Virus record (IMG/VR): IMGVR_UViG_3300011437_000003
Span: 1-53,274 of that record
Reading direction: 5' to 3' (one strand)
Source: a virus
Lineage: Duplodnaviria; Caudoviricetes
Length of the DNA: 53,274 bases
The notes under the pieces were generated by a model, which was not told the origin of the DNA, did not search any database, and saw only the letters and a list, made by a program, of their open reading frames with translations. The position numbers and the translations under genes are program-made. Below, piece after piece: positions 35,684 to 45,500 of the stretch (position 1 is its first letter; each line of letters starts with the position of its first letter).

Positions 35684-36279
35684 TGCCGGCGTTCAAGGTT
35701 GGGGCGCGTTGCCGATGTGGTCACGAGGCGGACGTACACGTTCAGTTGCCGGGGCACCCTGACGGTGCGTGGGAATGCTACGGGTCTGACGGCGACTGCG
35801 AGTGCGGCAAGCTCGACGTCGTGATGCGCGGCCGGGATCGGTAGGGCGCTCCGAACATGAAACCGTACCAAGATCCTGACGACGCACGCAACGGCCCCAA
35901 GTACCACACCGGCAAGACATGCGTTGAGCCCGGCTGCGACCGTCCAGCCGGGACCGCGTGGAGTCCCCTGTGGTGCTTCAGCTGCAACGTCGTTCGAATG
36001 GACCGAATTGGTGCTCAACTCCGGCTGCTCGCGCAGGCGGTGCCCCGTGGCTGACCCGAGGGACCGGAGGCGGGCCGCGCGGGCACCCGAAAAGACCGAG
36101 CGCGAGTTGATCGAACGGCTCTTCATGGGCAGCAGCGAGGTGACCATGACGACGCGCGACTGGCGCCGCGTGCTGCTCCATTTACGGCGCTGAGTATCCG
36201 CACACGTTTCAAGGCCGGAGCTACTGGCTCAAGGGCCGTTCGGTCGGCGCGGGCGTCTACTCGATCACGCTGGTGCCCC

Positions 36280-36606
36280 GTGGCTGACCCGACGCCGGGC
36301 GACTTGAACAAGGCGCGCACGGTGTACCTCGCTCACTGCCTGTGCACGCGGATCGTCCCGTGCGCCCGGCATCAGGCCATCGCTGACCTGATCGCCCGGG
36401 AGCGCGCGGAAGCGACGGCGGCCGAGCGGGAGCGTTGCGCGACGACGGCCGAGGCTGAAGAGGAGTTGGATGGGCCGATGCCCGAGGCCCTGTACGACCG
36501 ATGCGTGACGTATGGCGGCGCGGAGGAGGTCATGCGAGCAGCCGTCCAAGCGACCAAGAAGAAGATTGCCGCGGCTATTCGCGCCGGGGCCACCATTTCC
36601 CGTTGA
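36280..36606 (+). CDS. Hypothetical protein
   Basis: AERERCA...IAAAIRA motif common in phage early proteins. Confidence 0.6.
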   Translation: MADPTPGDLNKARTVYLAHCLCTRIVPCARHQAIADLIARERAEATAAERERCATTAEAEEELDGPMPEALYDRCVTYGGAEEVMRAAVQATKKKIAAAIRAGATISR

Positions 36607-36631
36607 CACCCCCGCACATCCATGCTAAAAC
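36603..36631 (+). promoter_or_regulatory. Sigma70-like promoter
   Basis: TTGACA-17-TAAAAC with extended TG. Confidence 0.55.
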
Positions 36632-36654
36632 CCTCACCCAACGGAGGACAGGCA

Positions 36655-37014
36655 ATGCTCCCAACGCCCCCCACGCCGAGTGACATCCTCTATCGTCGGC
36701 TCATCAAGCAAGACGACCTCAAGTCCGTCGTCGACCTCCGGCTCGTCGTCGAGGCGATGAAGCGGGACTCCGCCGCCGCCGAAATCGAGCTGGCGAAAGC
36801 CGAGTCCGTCATCATCGCCCGGATCGACGCCGGGACGCAAATCGAACCCGGCGCGTACTCCGCGGCGATCCACGTGACGCCGGGCCGACGCTCCCCAAAG
36901 TGGAAAGAAGCGCTAGCGGCACGCTGTGGCCCGCGTGCCGTGGTCGAAGTGACCGCGCGGACGGAGCCGGGGCCGCCGTCGCGAAAGCTCATGGTGACGG
37001 AGGCGGGTTCGTGA
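36655..37014 (+). CDS. Hypothetical protein
   Basis: GGAGG RBS. Confidence 0.6.
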   Translation: MLPTPPTPSDILYRRLIKQDDLKSVVDLRLVVEAMKRDSAAAEIELAKAESVIIARIDAGTQIEPGAYSAAIHVTPGRRSPKWKEALAARCGPRAVVEVTARTEPGPPSRKLMVTEAGS

Positions 37015-37336
37015 CCCCCGAGGAGATCCTCGTGGTCACGGCGCCGGAGCGGGTGTTGCGAATCCGGCTCCGCGGACGTAGACGTCCGCCTCGACTCGAT
37101 TTCGTAGACCCGGCATTTCAGCTGGGGTCCGGACGATACACCTGACCCTCCGCGGCGTTGGCGGAGTTCCGTCAGATCAATATCGCCGAAGTTCGTCGCG
37201 TCGTTGACTGCCTGCGGGAGGTTGCGACGGCGCTAGGATTCGGGATGCACGAGTACAACCAAGCCTGCAAGGAATGGCCCGGCATCGTCCGCACCCGCCT
37301 CGCGGCGCTCCGCGCCACGGTGGAGCCCATCGCGTG

Positions 37337-37555
37337 ATGTTTCTCGTTATCATAGCAGGCAACCACGATCAGGCTGCGACCTACGCCGCGGAATACGGCA
37401 TCGCAAGGCCGGACTGGACCTACCCAGCAGGGCCAGAACGCCTTTACGGCCGTCGCGGCGGAACGTACACGCACGTAGGTACGTGGTATTACCTCGACTG
37501 GACCGAAGTAATCGACTACCTCAAGTCCCACGACTTCGCCAGGGTCCCCGCGTGA
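37337..37555 (+). CDS. Hypothetical protein
   Basis: 72 aa, coupled to the next gene. Confidence 0.5.
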   Translation: MFLVIIAGNHDQAATYAAEYGIARPDWTYPAGPERLYGRRGGTYTHVGTWYYLDWTEVIDYLKSHDFARVPA

Positions 37556-37715
37556 CCCCCGCCGAACACGCCGCCATCGCCGCCGTCCTCCACGACTTCG
37601 ACGAAGTGGCGCACGGCTTGGAGCAGGCCCAGCGCGCCCTCAACCTGTGGCTTCGAGCCGGGGCCGAAGTAGTCACGAGGGCCCGCCGCCTGATGGAAAC
37701 GGTGGAGGTGGAGGC

Positions 37716-38078
37716 GTGAAATGGGCAGAGGTTCTCCGCAAGCCGCCTCGTGACGCCTATCTCCAGCACTACAAGCGGACCTCAAACCCCGCCGAGCTGT
37801 TGGAGAAGTCTCCGCAGCGCAAGCGCTGGGAAGCCACCGAACGCCGTCGTGAGTCGATGTTAGTTGCCGGGCGTCGAGGGGATCGCATTATCTCCCTTGA
37901 CCAGCTCGTCTTCTTAGCAGACGCGCGGCGCTCCGTCATCTGCGTCCACCGCCTCGGCCACCAACCCGCTGCCTGGGTCGTCTCAATGCAGGCCCGCGAG
38001 GTTCACCGGCTGCTCCTGAGCGGCGTGTACGAGTACATTCCGCAGGGACGGCAGCGTCGGCGAAAGGCGAAGCCGTGA
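37716..38078 (+). CDS. Hypothetical basic protein
   Basis: GGAGG RBS, GTG start. Confidence 0.55.
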   Translation: MKWAEVLRKPPRDAYLQHYKRTSNPAELLEKSPQRKRWEATERRRESMLVAGRRGDRIISLDQLVFLADARRSVICVHRLGHQPAAWVVSMQAREVHRLLLSGVYEYIPQGRQRRRKAKP

Positions 38079-38214
38079 AAGCGCCGCGCGGCTGGAGACT
38101 CCGGCCCGAAACCGCACGGAAGCGCCGTCCCGACGACATCGTTCGCGGGCGCCTTGTGCGGACCGAGCGGTATGGTTATGTCTTGCAGGGCCGCTCGCGA
38201 CGGAAGGTGAAGCC

Positions 38215-39183
38215 ATGAAGCCCCTCCGTCCCGTCACCTGTGACAACTCCCTGCTGAAGGACGTCGCCACGTGTGACACCGCCGCCGTCCTGCGCCACGT
38301 CCACGGCTTCACCTCCCGCGAGGAACGCGCCGAGCTGCACGCCGGCTCCGCGATCCACGAAGCCCTCGCTTCGTACTTCGAGACCGGCTCCGCTCGCGCG
38401 GCGCTGGCGCAGTTCGACGTCGCCTACCGCGAGTGGGCCACGCAGAACGTCCCCGCCTCAGATCGCCTCGGCTGGCCGAACACGCTGCGCGTGTTCACGG
38501 AATGGCTCGATCGCAATCCGTTTTCGACGCTTCCGTTCACCGTCGTGGTGCTTGACGGCGAGCCGATGATCGAAAAGGGCTTCGCGTTCGCCCTCACCGA
38601 AGATGTGACCATCTGCGGTCGGCTCGACGGATTGGTACTGCTCCATCACGAAAACGGCAAGATCCGCGTGCTAGAGAACAAGTCCACGAGGCGGATCAAC
38701 GAATGGTGGGTTGCGAAGTTCCGCACGGACAGCCAGCTGTCCTGCTACGACAGCGCCGCGATCGAGCACTTCGGTGTTGCCGGGGTTGAGGGCGCCCTCG
38801 TCAACGCGATCGAGTTCGGGTTCCTTCCTAACTCGGAGAAGCGGTGCCCGAAGCACGCCGTGCCGTACGCTGAGTGCGGAAACCTCCACGCGAACTTCGA
38901 TCTGATCCCGATGGAGCGGACCCCGATGCAGCTCGCGGAATGGAAGTTCACGGCGATCGGCCTCGCGCGGAAGTTCGCGTGGCTTCGTGAGGCGTACGGC
39001 GACCTCGCCCGGCTCCACGACGTCCCGCAGCAGGGAACGTTCACGAACGCCTGCGGCGGGTGCTTCGCGCGAGAGTTCTGCGCGGCGGGAAGACCGCTGG
39101 ACCTCGTGGACAGCATGCTGGTGTACGAGCCCTGGACCCCTTGGCTTGGAATCATGCAACGCAACGAAACGGGGAGGAAATAG
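38215..39183 (+). CDS. PD-(D/E)xK exonuclease, Cas4/RecB-like
   Basis: GSAIHEAL, GRLDGL...LENKS, QL..Y motifs; 1+3 Cys pattern (TC...CGGC...FC). Confidence 0.85.
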   Translation: MKPLRPVTCDNSLLKDVATCDTAAVLRHVHGFTSREERAELHAGSAIHEALASYFETGSARAALAQFDVAYREWATQNVPASDRLGWPNTLRVFTEWLDRNPFSTLPFTVVVLDGEPMIEKGFAFALTEDVTICGRLDGLVLLHHENGKIRVLENKSTRRINEWWVAKFRTDSQLSCYDSAAIEHFGVAGVEGALVNAIEFGFLPNSEKRCPKHAVPYAECGNLHANFDLIPMERTPMQLAEWKFTAIGLARKFAWLREAYGDLARLHDVPQQGTFTNACGGCFAREFCAAGRPLDLVDSMLVYEPWTPWLGIMQRNETGRK

Positions 39184-39186
39184 CCA

Positions 39187-39417
39187 ATGCCGATGAGTTT
39201 CCCGAACATGGACAGCCTCAAGGCGGCTGCGCGCGATCACCGTTTCCGCCAGCCGGCGGACGGCGAGCGCGAGGCCGACTACCGCGCCGCCCTGGCCGAT
39301 CACGTGGCGTCGCGCGACTTCGTCGAGTCGCAGGAGATTCGCACCGGCAAGGGCTGGGACAAGTGGAACAAGGATGAGAAGCGCGACATGCTGCGGCGGA
39401 GAGGTTTCAACCTGTGA
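39187..39417 (+). CDS. Hypothetical protein
   Basis: 76 aa. Confidence 0.65.
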   Translation: MPMSFPNMDSLKAAARDHRFRQPADGEREADYRAALADHVASRDFVESQEIRTGKGWDKWNKDEKRDMLRRRGFNL

Positions 39418-40379
39418 GCACCTTCCCCGCCAAGCGCTCCGTCGACGCCGTCTCGGCCCTCTCGCCCTCGAACAACCTCCGCATTTGGGCCGATGTCGCC
39501 GTCGCCTCCAAGCTCTTCAAGGACAGCGCGGACGTTGCCCGGGCCCTCATCAAGATCAAGACCGGGGCCGAGTTTGGTCTCCCGGAAATGGCCTCCATGA
39601 TGGGGGTCTACATCACCACCGACGGCAAGGTCGGGCTCCACGCGACGCTCATGGGCGGGCTGATCCAGGCGTTTCCGTGGACCGGTCCCGACGGCCGGCG
39701 CGCAAACCGGTTCAAGTTCCGCACCCCGATCCTCGACCCGAAGGGCTGCACGATCGAGTTCTTCGAGCGGGACCCGCTCTCCGGCGAGTGGGAGTCGTGC
39801 GGGGTCCCAGTCTCGTTCACGATGCAGGACGCGACGGTTGCGGGATTGCTCCGCAATGCGGTGTGGCGCCAGTACCCGCGGCCAATGCTGTACGCCCGCG
39901 CGCTGTCGATGGGGGCCCGGCTCTACTGCTCGGTCGTGTTCAACGGCCGCCCGGTCTACGTCCCGGAAGAGATCGGGGCGGCGGTGGGCCCGGAGGGCGA
40001 GGTGTTGGAGATCCCGGCGCCGCCGCCGGGGTACCGCACGTCGGCGGTCGATCCCGCGGGACAAGATACGGGGGTTACCACCGGGAACTCACCAGACAAC
40101 TACAAGGCCACTTCTGGTGCCATCACGGACCCGGCAACGGTTGCGGCGGAGTACGCCACGATAGACCCGCTTCGCGACTACTCTGTCGCGTGGGTCATCG
40201 AACGCCTGACTGCGCTGTACGGCGAGCAAGGGTTCCACCGAGCCAACGTATTCTTCGGCACGAGATTCACGACAGCAGATAACTATCAAGACGTCTTCGA
40301 CGTGCTCCACAAAACGAAGGAAGCGGACTGGCGAATCTGGTCTGCCGGCTGCGACCTCCTCGCCGACCAAGAAGGCTGA
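39414..40379 (+). CDS. RecT/Bet-like single-strand annealing protein
   Basis: G.EFGL..M, DA..AGL, W..YP..ML.ARA, Y.PEE motifs; adjacent to the exonuclease. Confidence 0.7.
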   Translation: MSTFPAKRSVDAVSALSPSNNLRIWADVAVASKLFKDSADVARALIKIKTGAEFGLPEMASMMGVYITTDGKVGLHATLMGGLIQAFPWTGPDGRRANRFKFRTPILDPKGCTIEFFERDPLSGEWESCGVPVSFTMQDATVAGLLRNAVWRQYPRPMLYARALSMGARLYCSVVFNGRPVYVPEEIGAAVGPEGEVLEIPAPPPGYRTSAVDPAGQDTGVTTGNSPDNYKATSGAITDPATVAAEYATIDPLRDYSVAWVIERLTALYGEQGFHRANVFFGTRFTTADNYQDVFDVLHKTKEADWRIWSAGCDLLADQEG

Positions 40380-40688
40380 CCCAACATGCACGGCGCTGAC
40401 AGAGGGAGATGTAAGTCCTCCGTGACAGCCCACTGGTTGATGACCAGGACGGGCGGGATTCCGAGAGTCCCGCGTCACGAGCCAACGGCTCACCCCTCCA
40501 AAGAACGGCTTGCGGGCCTCAGCCCGACGTGCAATGAATCCTGACACACGTGCCACGCTCGCATGGATCGACCGGCACCAAGAGGCACTCAGCGGAGCCC
40601 GACGCGATCAAACCCGCGTGGCGCTCGAAGCCTGGCGCCTGTCTTTAGGCGATTGGACACAGCATTCTACCGACGAAAAGGGGTAGCT

Positions 40689-41258
40689 ATGCTTACCCAA
40701 ATATACCGGTCGGTTGCTGACGTGAAGCGGCCACTTGATGAAATGATCGCTTTGGCGTCGCAGGCGTTCACGTCTAACAACCATGTCGCGCTTGACGCAG
40801 AGTTTCAGCTTCGCGACTCGATCGGTGACACCGTCGGCCTTCTCGACATCAAGTATCGCCTTTGGCGAGTCCATCCCACGTGGACCACGCGATTTTTCGG
40901 CGAGCCGTTGCTCAACGAAACCGCGTTGCTTACGTTCGCGAAGGCGCACCCGCAACGATGGAAGGCGGGGCGAAAACTGGTTTGGACACCGCATCCGACC
41001 GACGAAGGAGGTGATCGCCCCATGCCCATCACCGTCGAAACCCTGACCCCGCGTGACCGCCGCGCGCTCGGACGCGCGTACGCGCTGCTCGGCTCGGTCC
41101 TCCGCATCGACGAAGCGGAGCCGACCGAGGGCGGGATGCCCACGCCACGCCGCCGGAAGGCCCGCCGCGCGAAGTCCGTGCGCCGGACCCGCCGCGCGAA
41201 CCGAAACGAACCCGTGCCGGCCGAGCTGGCGCCGGAGCCCGAAGCCGTCCCGGCCTAA
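40689..41258 (+). CDS. Hypothetical protein; strong internal in-frame start at 41022 (basic C-terminal part)
   Basis: ATG 40689; AAGGAGGT RBS before ATG 41022. Confidence 0.45.
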   Translation: MLTQIYRSVADVKRPLDEMIALASQAFTSNNHVALDAEFQLRDSIGDTVGLLDIKYRLWRVHPTWTTRFFGEPLLNETALLTFAKAHPQRWKAGRKLVWTPHPTDEGGDRPMPITVETLTPRDRRALGRAYALLGSVLRIDEAEPTEGGMPTPRRRKARRAKSVRRTRRANRNEPVPAELAPEPEAVPA

Positions 41259-41264
41259 CCCTCA

Positions 41265-42107
41265 ACCGTGCGAAGAGGCGCCTCGCCGCCGGGGCGCCAG
41301 GAGGTTCCGCAAGATGCCTCAGAAATTCCCTGTGGGCACCGTGCCCACCACCGTTGCAGCGTGCCAGCCGGCCGGTGCCTACACCGTCGAGATCCCCCTC
41401 CTCGCCGAAGGAACAACGAAGGCCGGCGACAAGCTGAAGTACGACAGCAACAGCGGCTTCCGCATCCTGTCCGGCGAGCTGGAAGGGTTCGCGCTCTTCG
41501 ATACCAACGCCTTCATCGTCGGGCTGCTCGACGGCGACGGTCAGCTCGCCGACCCCGAGGATTGGGCGAAACCCCGTGGCGGTGGCATCCTCTTCAACAA
41601 CATGATGTACAGCGCCGGGGTCCCGGAATCGGACGATCCCGACGAGATGTGCGCTGCTGCCGAAGGGCGTCAGGTCGGGCTCATCGTCCGCGTCGAGAAA
41701 GACGCCACGGGCTCCTACCCCGACAAGAACCGCTTCGTCCAGTTCTTCCCGCTGAAGGACCGCTCCCCGAACGGCACCGGGCCTGCCCGCCTCGTCGGGC
41801 CTGCCCACGCCGGGGCGGCGCAGGCCGCCGCGCCACGTCCCGCTCCAGCGGCTCCAGCCCGCGTCGTCGTCCCGCCGCGCTCGGCCCCGGCGCCCGCGCC
41901 GCAGGCGGCCCGGCCCAGCGCCACCGGCCGCAACGCCCTGATCGCGTGCACTCAGTGCAGCCCGTCGCAGGACATCCCCCGCGCGAAGTGGGGGTTTCAC
42001 GTCAACCAGCATGACCAGACCGAGGACGCCGCCGCGAGGGCGGGGATCGAGCCCCCGGCGTACGTGCCGTTGGAAGCGGAGCCCGCGTAGCTCACCGTGC
42101 GAAGAGG
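41265..42107 (+). repeat. 14-bp direct repeat ACCGTGCGAAGAGG flanking the SSB-like gene, each copy followed by a hairpin and RBS
   Basis: Copies at 41265-41278 and 42094-42107. Confidence 0.75.
41314..42090 (+). CDS. Single-stranded DNA-binding protein (DUF669-like)
   Basis: PAGAYTVEI...RILSGELEG...KNR pattern, Pro/Ala linker, C-terminal C2H2-like motif. Confidence 0.6.
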   Translation: MPQKFPVGTVPTTVAACQPAGAYTVEIPLLAEGTTKAGDKLKYDSNSGFRILSGELEGFALFDTNAFIVGLLDGDGQLADPEDWAKPRGGGILFNNMMYSAGVPESDDPDEMCAAAEGRQVGLIVRVEKDATGSYPDKNRFVQFFPLKDRSPNGTGPARLVGPAHAGAAQAAAPRPAPAAPARVVVPPRSAPAPAPQAARPSATGRNALIACTQCSPSQDIPRAKWGFHVNQHDQTEDAAARAGIEPPAYVPLEAEPA

Positions 42108-42149
42108 ACTGGCGCCAGGGAAACTTGGCGCTGGTCCACGGAGGACCGC

Positions 42150-42503
42150 GTGACTCAGGAACGCCCCGGCCACCCGGCAGTCTACAAAGCCCTCGAAGAC
42201 GCCGCAACGCTTCACGACGCGAAGAGCGCGGGTTACCGCAGCACAGCCGACCCGCTCGCGAACTTCAAGCAAGCGGCGCCAGTCGCGAAGGGCGTACTGA
42301 CGCCGCTTCAGTACGCTTTCACACTCATGTCCAAGCAGGACGACGCGCTTGTCGGACTCGTGTGGGGGCGCGTGACCAACAAGTCACCCGGCATCGACTA
42401 CGAGTACGACCGCCGGGGCGGCGACGCCATGCTCCGAGAACGCCTCATGGACGGCATCGTCTACCGCGCGCTGATGCTGGCGCTCATGGAGGAATCCTCG
42501 TGA
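42150..42503 (+). CDS. Nucleotide-modification-associated helical domain protein (Nmad1/DUF1599-like)
   Basis: K...Y...DPLANF...K...D..VY motif. Confidence 0.55.
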   Translation: MTQERPGHPAVYKALEDAATLHDAKSAGYRSTADPLANFKQAAPVAKGVLTPLQYAFTLMSKQDDALVGLVWGRVTNKSPGIDYEYDRRGGDAMLRERLMDGIVYRALMLALMEESS

Positions 42504-42670
42504 CCACCAAACAGGTCCCGGACTGGCTTCACCCGATCGTGGAGCGCCGTGAGGGCCGTGAGTGGCGCTCGGCTGATCTCGCCCTGTTCTTCAAGCGGAA
42601 GCCCACGCTAGAGATGCAGGCGAACGCAGCGCTCGCCCGGGTGCAGAACGGGCACGGGGTCCCGGCATGA
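42500..42670 (+). CDS. Small hypothetical protein
   Basis: GTGA coupling, GGAGG RBS. Confidence 0.45.
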   Translation: MTTKQVPDWLHPIVERREGREWRSADLALFFKRKPTLEMQANAALARVQNGHGVPA

Positions 42671-42840
42671 AGGCGACCTTTCACTTCAAGGATGGCGGTT
42701 CCGTCGAGTGGCCGATCCCGGGCTCAAGTTTCCTGGGATCGTCACTTCCGTCGGGTTGGTGGTACGGTCCTGACAGGCCAACGGGCGAGACCATCCGCAT
42801 CAACCTGAACGAAGTCCAGTACATCACGGTGACCAAGTAG
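42667..42840 (+). CDS. Small hypothetical protein (57 aa)
   Basis: ATGA coupling; stop abuts the polA start. Confidence 0.5.
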   Translation: MKATFHFKDGGSVEWPIPGSSFLGSSLPSGWWYGPDRPTGETIRINLNEVQYITVTK

Positions 42841-45339
42841 ATGCCCCAACCGATCCGCGACGAAGGCTCTCCGCGGGCCCGCCTCGTTCTCGTCGGCGAG
42901 GCCGGCGGTCAGCACGAAGCGGCTCAAGGTCGCCCGTTCGTCGGGCCCTCCGGCCAGATGCTCGCCCGCTGGTGGCGGGATGCCGGCCTTGCCCGCGACC
43001 ACTTCTTCATCACGAACGTCGTCCAGCGCCAGCCGCCGAAGAACAACATCAACGCGGTCCCCGCCGACGAAATGCAACGGTGCGTCTCCGAGCTGCATGA
43101 CAAGATCGCCGCACTCGACGACCCGTGGCTGATCGTCCCAACCGGGAACACCGCGCTCCGCGCGCTCGCGCGGTTGTCAGGGATCACCAAACACCGGGGC
43201 TCGATCTACGAAATCACCGACCGCCGCGGGCGCCAGATCAAGTGCATCCCGACTCTCCACCCAGCCTCAATCTTCCGTCAACCGTCGTGGGAGCGGCGCT
43301 GCATCGTCGACTGGCAGCGGATTGCCGCCGACGCCACGTTCCGCGAGCTTCGGCTGCCGGAGCGCGAACACTTCATCGAGCCGACGTTCGGGGACCTCGA
43401 AGATTACGTCGCGGACGCCGAATCCCGCGCGGAAGTCCTCTCCATCGACATCGAAACTCCGCGCCGTATCGAACTCGTCAACGTTGTCGACAAGCGCGGC
43501 AAGACCCGCGTCAAACGGATCAAAGGCGCCCCGCGCGTGACAGTGGTCGGGTTCTCCTTTGAGCCCCACTTCTCGTTCACCGTTCCGACGACGCCGGAAT
43601 ACTGGTCCGCCCAAGGTGTCAAGGTCGAAGACGCTTGGACCCTGCTCCGCCGGCTGTGCGCCTTGCCCGGCGTTGAGAAAGGCGGCCAAAATTTCCTCTT
43701 CGACGCCTGGTGGCTCGCGCGCGAACACGACTGCCCGGTCACCGAGATGGTCTACGACACTCGGTGGATGTCCCACTGCCTCGACGTCCTCGACGAACAC
43801 TCCCTCGGATACCAGGCGTCCATCCATCTCCGGGCACAATTCTGGAAAGACGACTCGAAAGACGACGACAAGGACTCCGACACGTTCGTCGCGTCTGGCG
43901 TCGAGGCCATGCGGACCTACTGGCGGTACAACGGCAAGGACGCCGCGCACACCCGCGAGCTGATGGGCGTTCACGACACGCGCCTAGCGGCGGCGGGACG
44001 CACCGGTCACTACCTCTCGCGGTACGCCGCGCTCTACCCAGTAATGCTTGCGATGTCGCTCGGCGGCATTCGCACCGATCAGCGGGCCGTTCGCAAGCAT
44101 TCCGCCCGGTTCCTTGCGGAACGGATCGCGTTGCAGGACCGCCTCGACACGCTGGCCGGGGCCCCGCTGTTCGGCCCGAAGGGCAGCCTCGTCCCGAAGC
44201 GTCTCAACACCTACCTCTACGAAACGCTCCGCCTCCCGGTGGCGAAAGACCGCAAGACCGGCCGGGCCGCCTCGAACGAGATCATCGTTCGCCGGCTAAT
44301 GCTGCGGCACCCCGCGAAGCTGGCGGAGGCCGGGCCGGCGATCCTTGCGAACCGGCGCCTCGAAGCCCTCTCCCGCTTCGTGAAGGAGGGCATCGCCGAC
44401 GACGACGGCTACACCCGCTGCTCGTGGGGCTTCACCTACACGATGCGGTTCAAGTCGGGGAAGGCGGCCAACCGGCTCGGCACGAACCTCCAGAACACCG
44501 ATCGGGAACTGCTGTCGATGTACATCCCGGACCCCGGTCACATCCTCGTCGAGGTCGACGAATCGCAGGCGGAAGACCGCGTCGTCAAGATGCTGGCCGG
44601 GGCCCTCGTCGGGACGTCTCGCGACCGACAGCGCCAGCTCTTCGAGCGGGCCCGCGCGATGCCATGGGAAAACGACGAGCACAAGCGCGCGGCCGTCCTG
44701 ATCTTCCACACGACGACCGACGCAGTGACGAAGGACCAGCGCTACCTCGCGAAGCGGGCCCGCCACGCCTCTAACTACGGCATGCACGGGAAGACCCTCT
44801 CCGAGCAACTGTTGAAGGACGGGCACGTCTACTCGCCAGAGGATTGCGACGGGTTCATCAGCGCCGTTCTCGACCGCGACGTTCCCGAGGTCCGGGACTG
44901 GCAACGCTCCGTGCGCCAGACGGTGCTTCGCGATAAGGCCCTGACGAACTCGTGGGGCCACCGGGTCGACTTCCGGTATGAGCGACTCGGCGATGACCTC
45001 TACCGCGAGGCGTACGCGGTGATCCCGCAATCCGAAGTGACATCGATCGTGAAGTATTGGGGCCTCGTTCCCCTCCACGCCCTCCTCAGCGCGGAGCGCT
45101 GGGACGCCCGCATCCTCCTGGAAAAACACGACAGCATCCTCGTCTCGACGCACCCGCGGCACGCCTGGGACATCTACACGTTCCTCCGCGAGCGACTGGA
45201 GCGCCCACGCCGGTACGGCGGCCACGAGCTGACCATTCCGATCGAGCTGAAGCTGGGCCGGGACGCCGCCATGCAACGCGAGTTCAAGAAGCCGCCGACC
45301 CGCGAAGAGTTCGAGGCGGCGGTGGAGGGGCTTCGATGA
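42841..45339 (+). CDS. polA: Family A DNA polymerase with N-terminal family-4 uracil-DNA glycosylase domain and 3'-5' exonuclease
   Basis: UDG GEAGG..E...GRPFVGPSG and HPA; Exo I DIET, Exo II QNFLFD, Exo III YNGKD; NLQN, motif A DESQAEDR, motif B KRARHASNYG, motif C HDS. Confidence 0.93.
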   Translation: MPQPIRDEGSPRARLVLVGEAGGQHEAAQGRPFVGPSGQMLARWWRDAGLARDHFFITNVVQRQPPKNNINAVPADEMQRCVSELHDKIAALDDPWLIVPTGNTALRALARLSGITKHRGSIYEITDRRGRQIKCIPTLHPASIFRQPSWERRCIVDWQRIAADATFRELRLPEREHFIEPTFGDLEDYVADAESRAEVLSIDIETPRRIELVNVVDKRGKTRVKRIKGAPRVTVVGFSFEPHFSFTVPTTPEYWSAQGVKVEDAWTLLRRLCALPGVEKGGQNFLFDAWWLAREHDCPVTEMVYDTRWMSHCLDVLDEHSLGYQASIHLRAQFWKDDSKDDDKDSDTFVASGVEAMRTYWRYNGKDAAHTRELMGVHDTRLAAAGRTGHYLSRYAALYPVMLAMSLGGIRTDQRAVRKHSARFLAERIALQDRLDTLAGAPLFGPKGSLVPKRLNTYLYETLRLPVAKDRKTGRAASNEIIVRRLMLRHPAKLAEAGPAILANRRLEALSRFVKEGIADDDGYTRCSWGFTYTMRFKSGKAANRLGTNLQNTDRELLSMYIPDPGHILVEVDESQAEDRVVKMLAGALVGTSRDRQRQLFERARAMPWENDEHKRAAVLIFHTTTDAVTKDQRYLAKRARHASNYGMHGKTLSEQLLKDGHVYSPEDCDGFISAVLDRDVPEVRDWQRSVRQTVLRDKALTNSWGHRVDFRYERLGDDLYREAYAVIPQSEVTSIVKYWGLVPLHALLSAERWDARILLEKHDSILVSTHPRHAWDIYTFLRERLERPRRYGGHELTIPIELKLGRDAAMQREFKKPPTREEFEAAVEGLR

Positions 45340-45500
45340 CCGAAGAACGCTACACCGTTGCGGACGCGGTTCACGCGAGTCGGCCGAAGATCGTCACGAC
45401 GACGGACCGGATCCTCGCGCAGTTCGCGGGGATCGCGCTCGCGGTCGGCCTGCTCGTCGGCCTTGTCCTCGGCTTCGTGATCGGGCGCCTAGTTCCGTGA
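45336..45500 (+). CDS. Small membrane protein
   Basis: C-terminal TM segment. Confidence 0.55.
   Translation: MTEERYTVADAVHASRPKIVTTTDRILAQFAGIALAVGLLVGLVLGFVIGRLVP

Noticed and set aside
38215-39183. CRISPR-Cas system (Cas4-like gene)
   Set aside because: No repeat-spacer array or other cas genes seen; the gene pairs with an annealing protein as a recombination module
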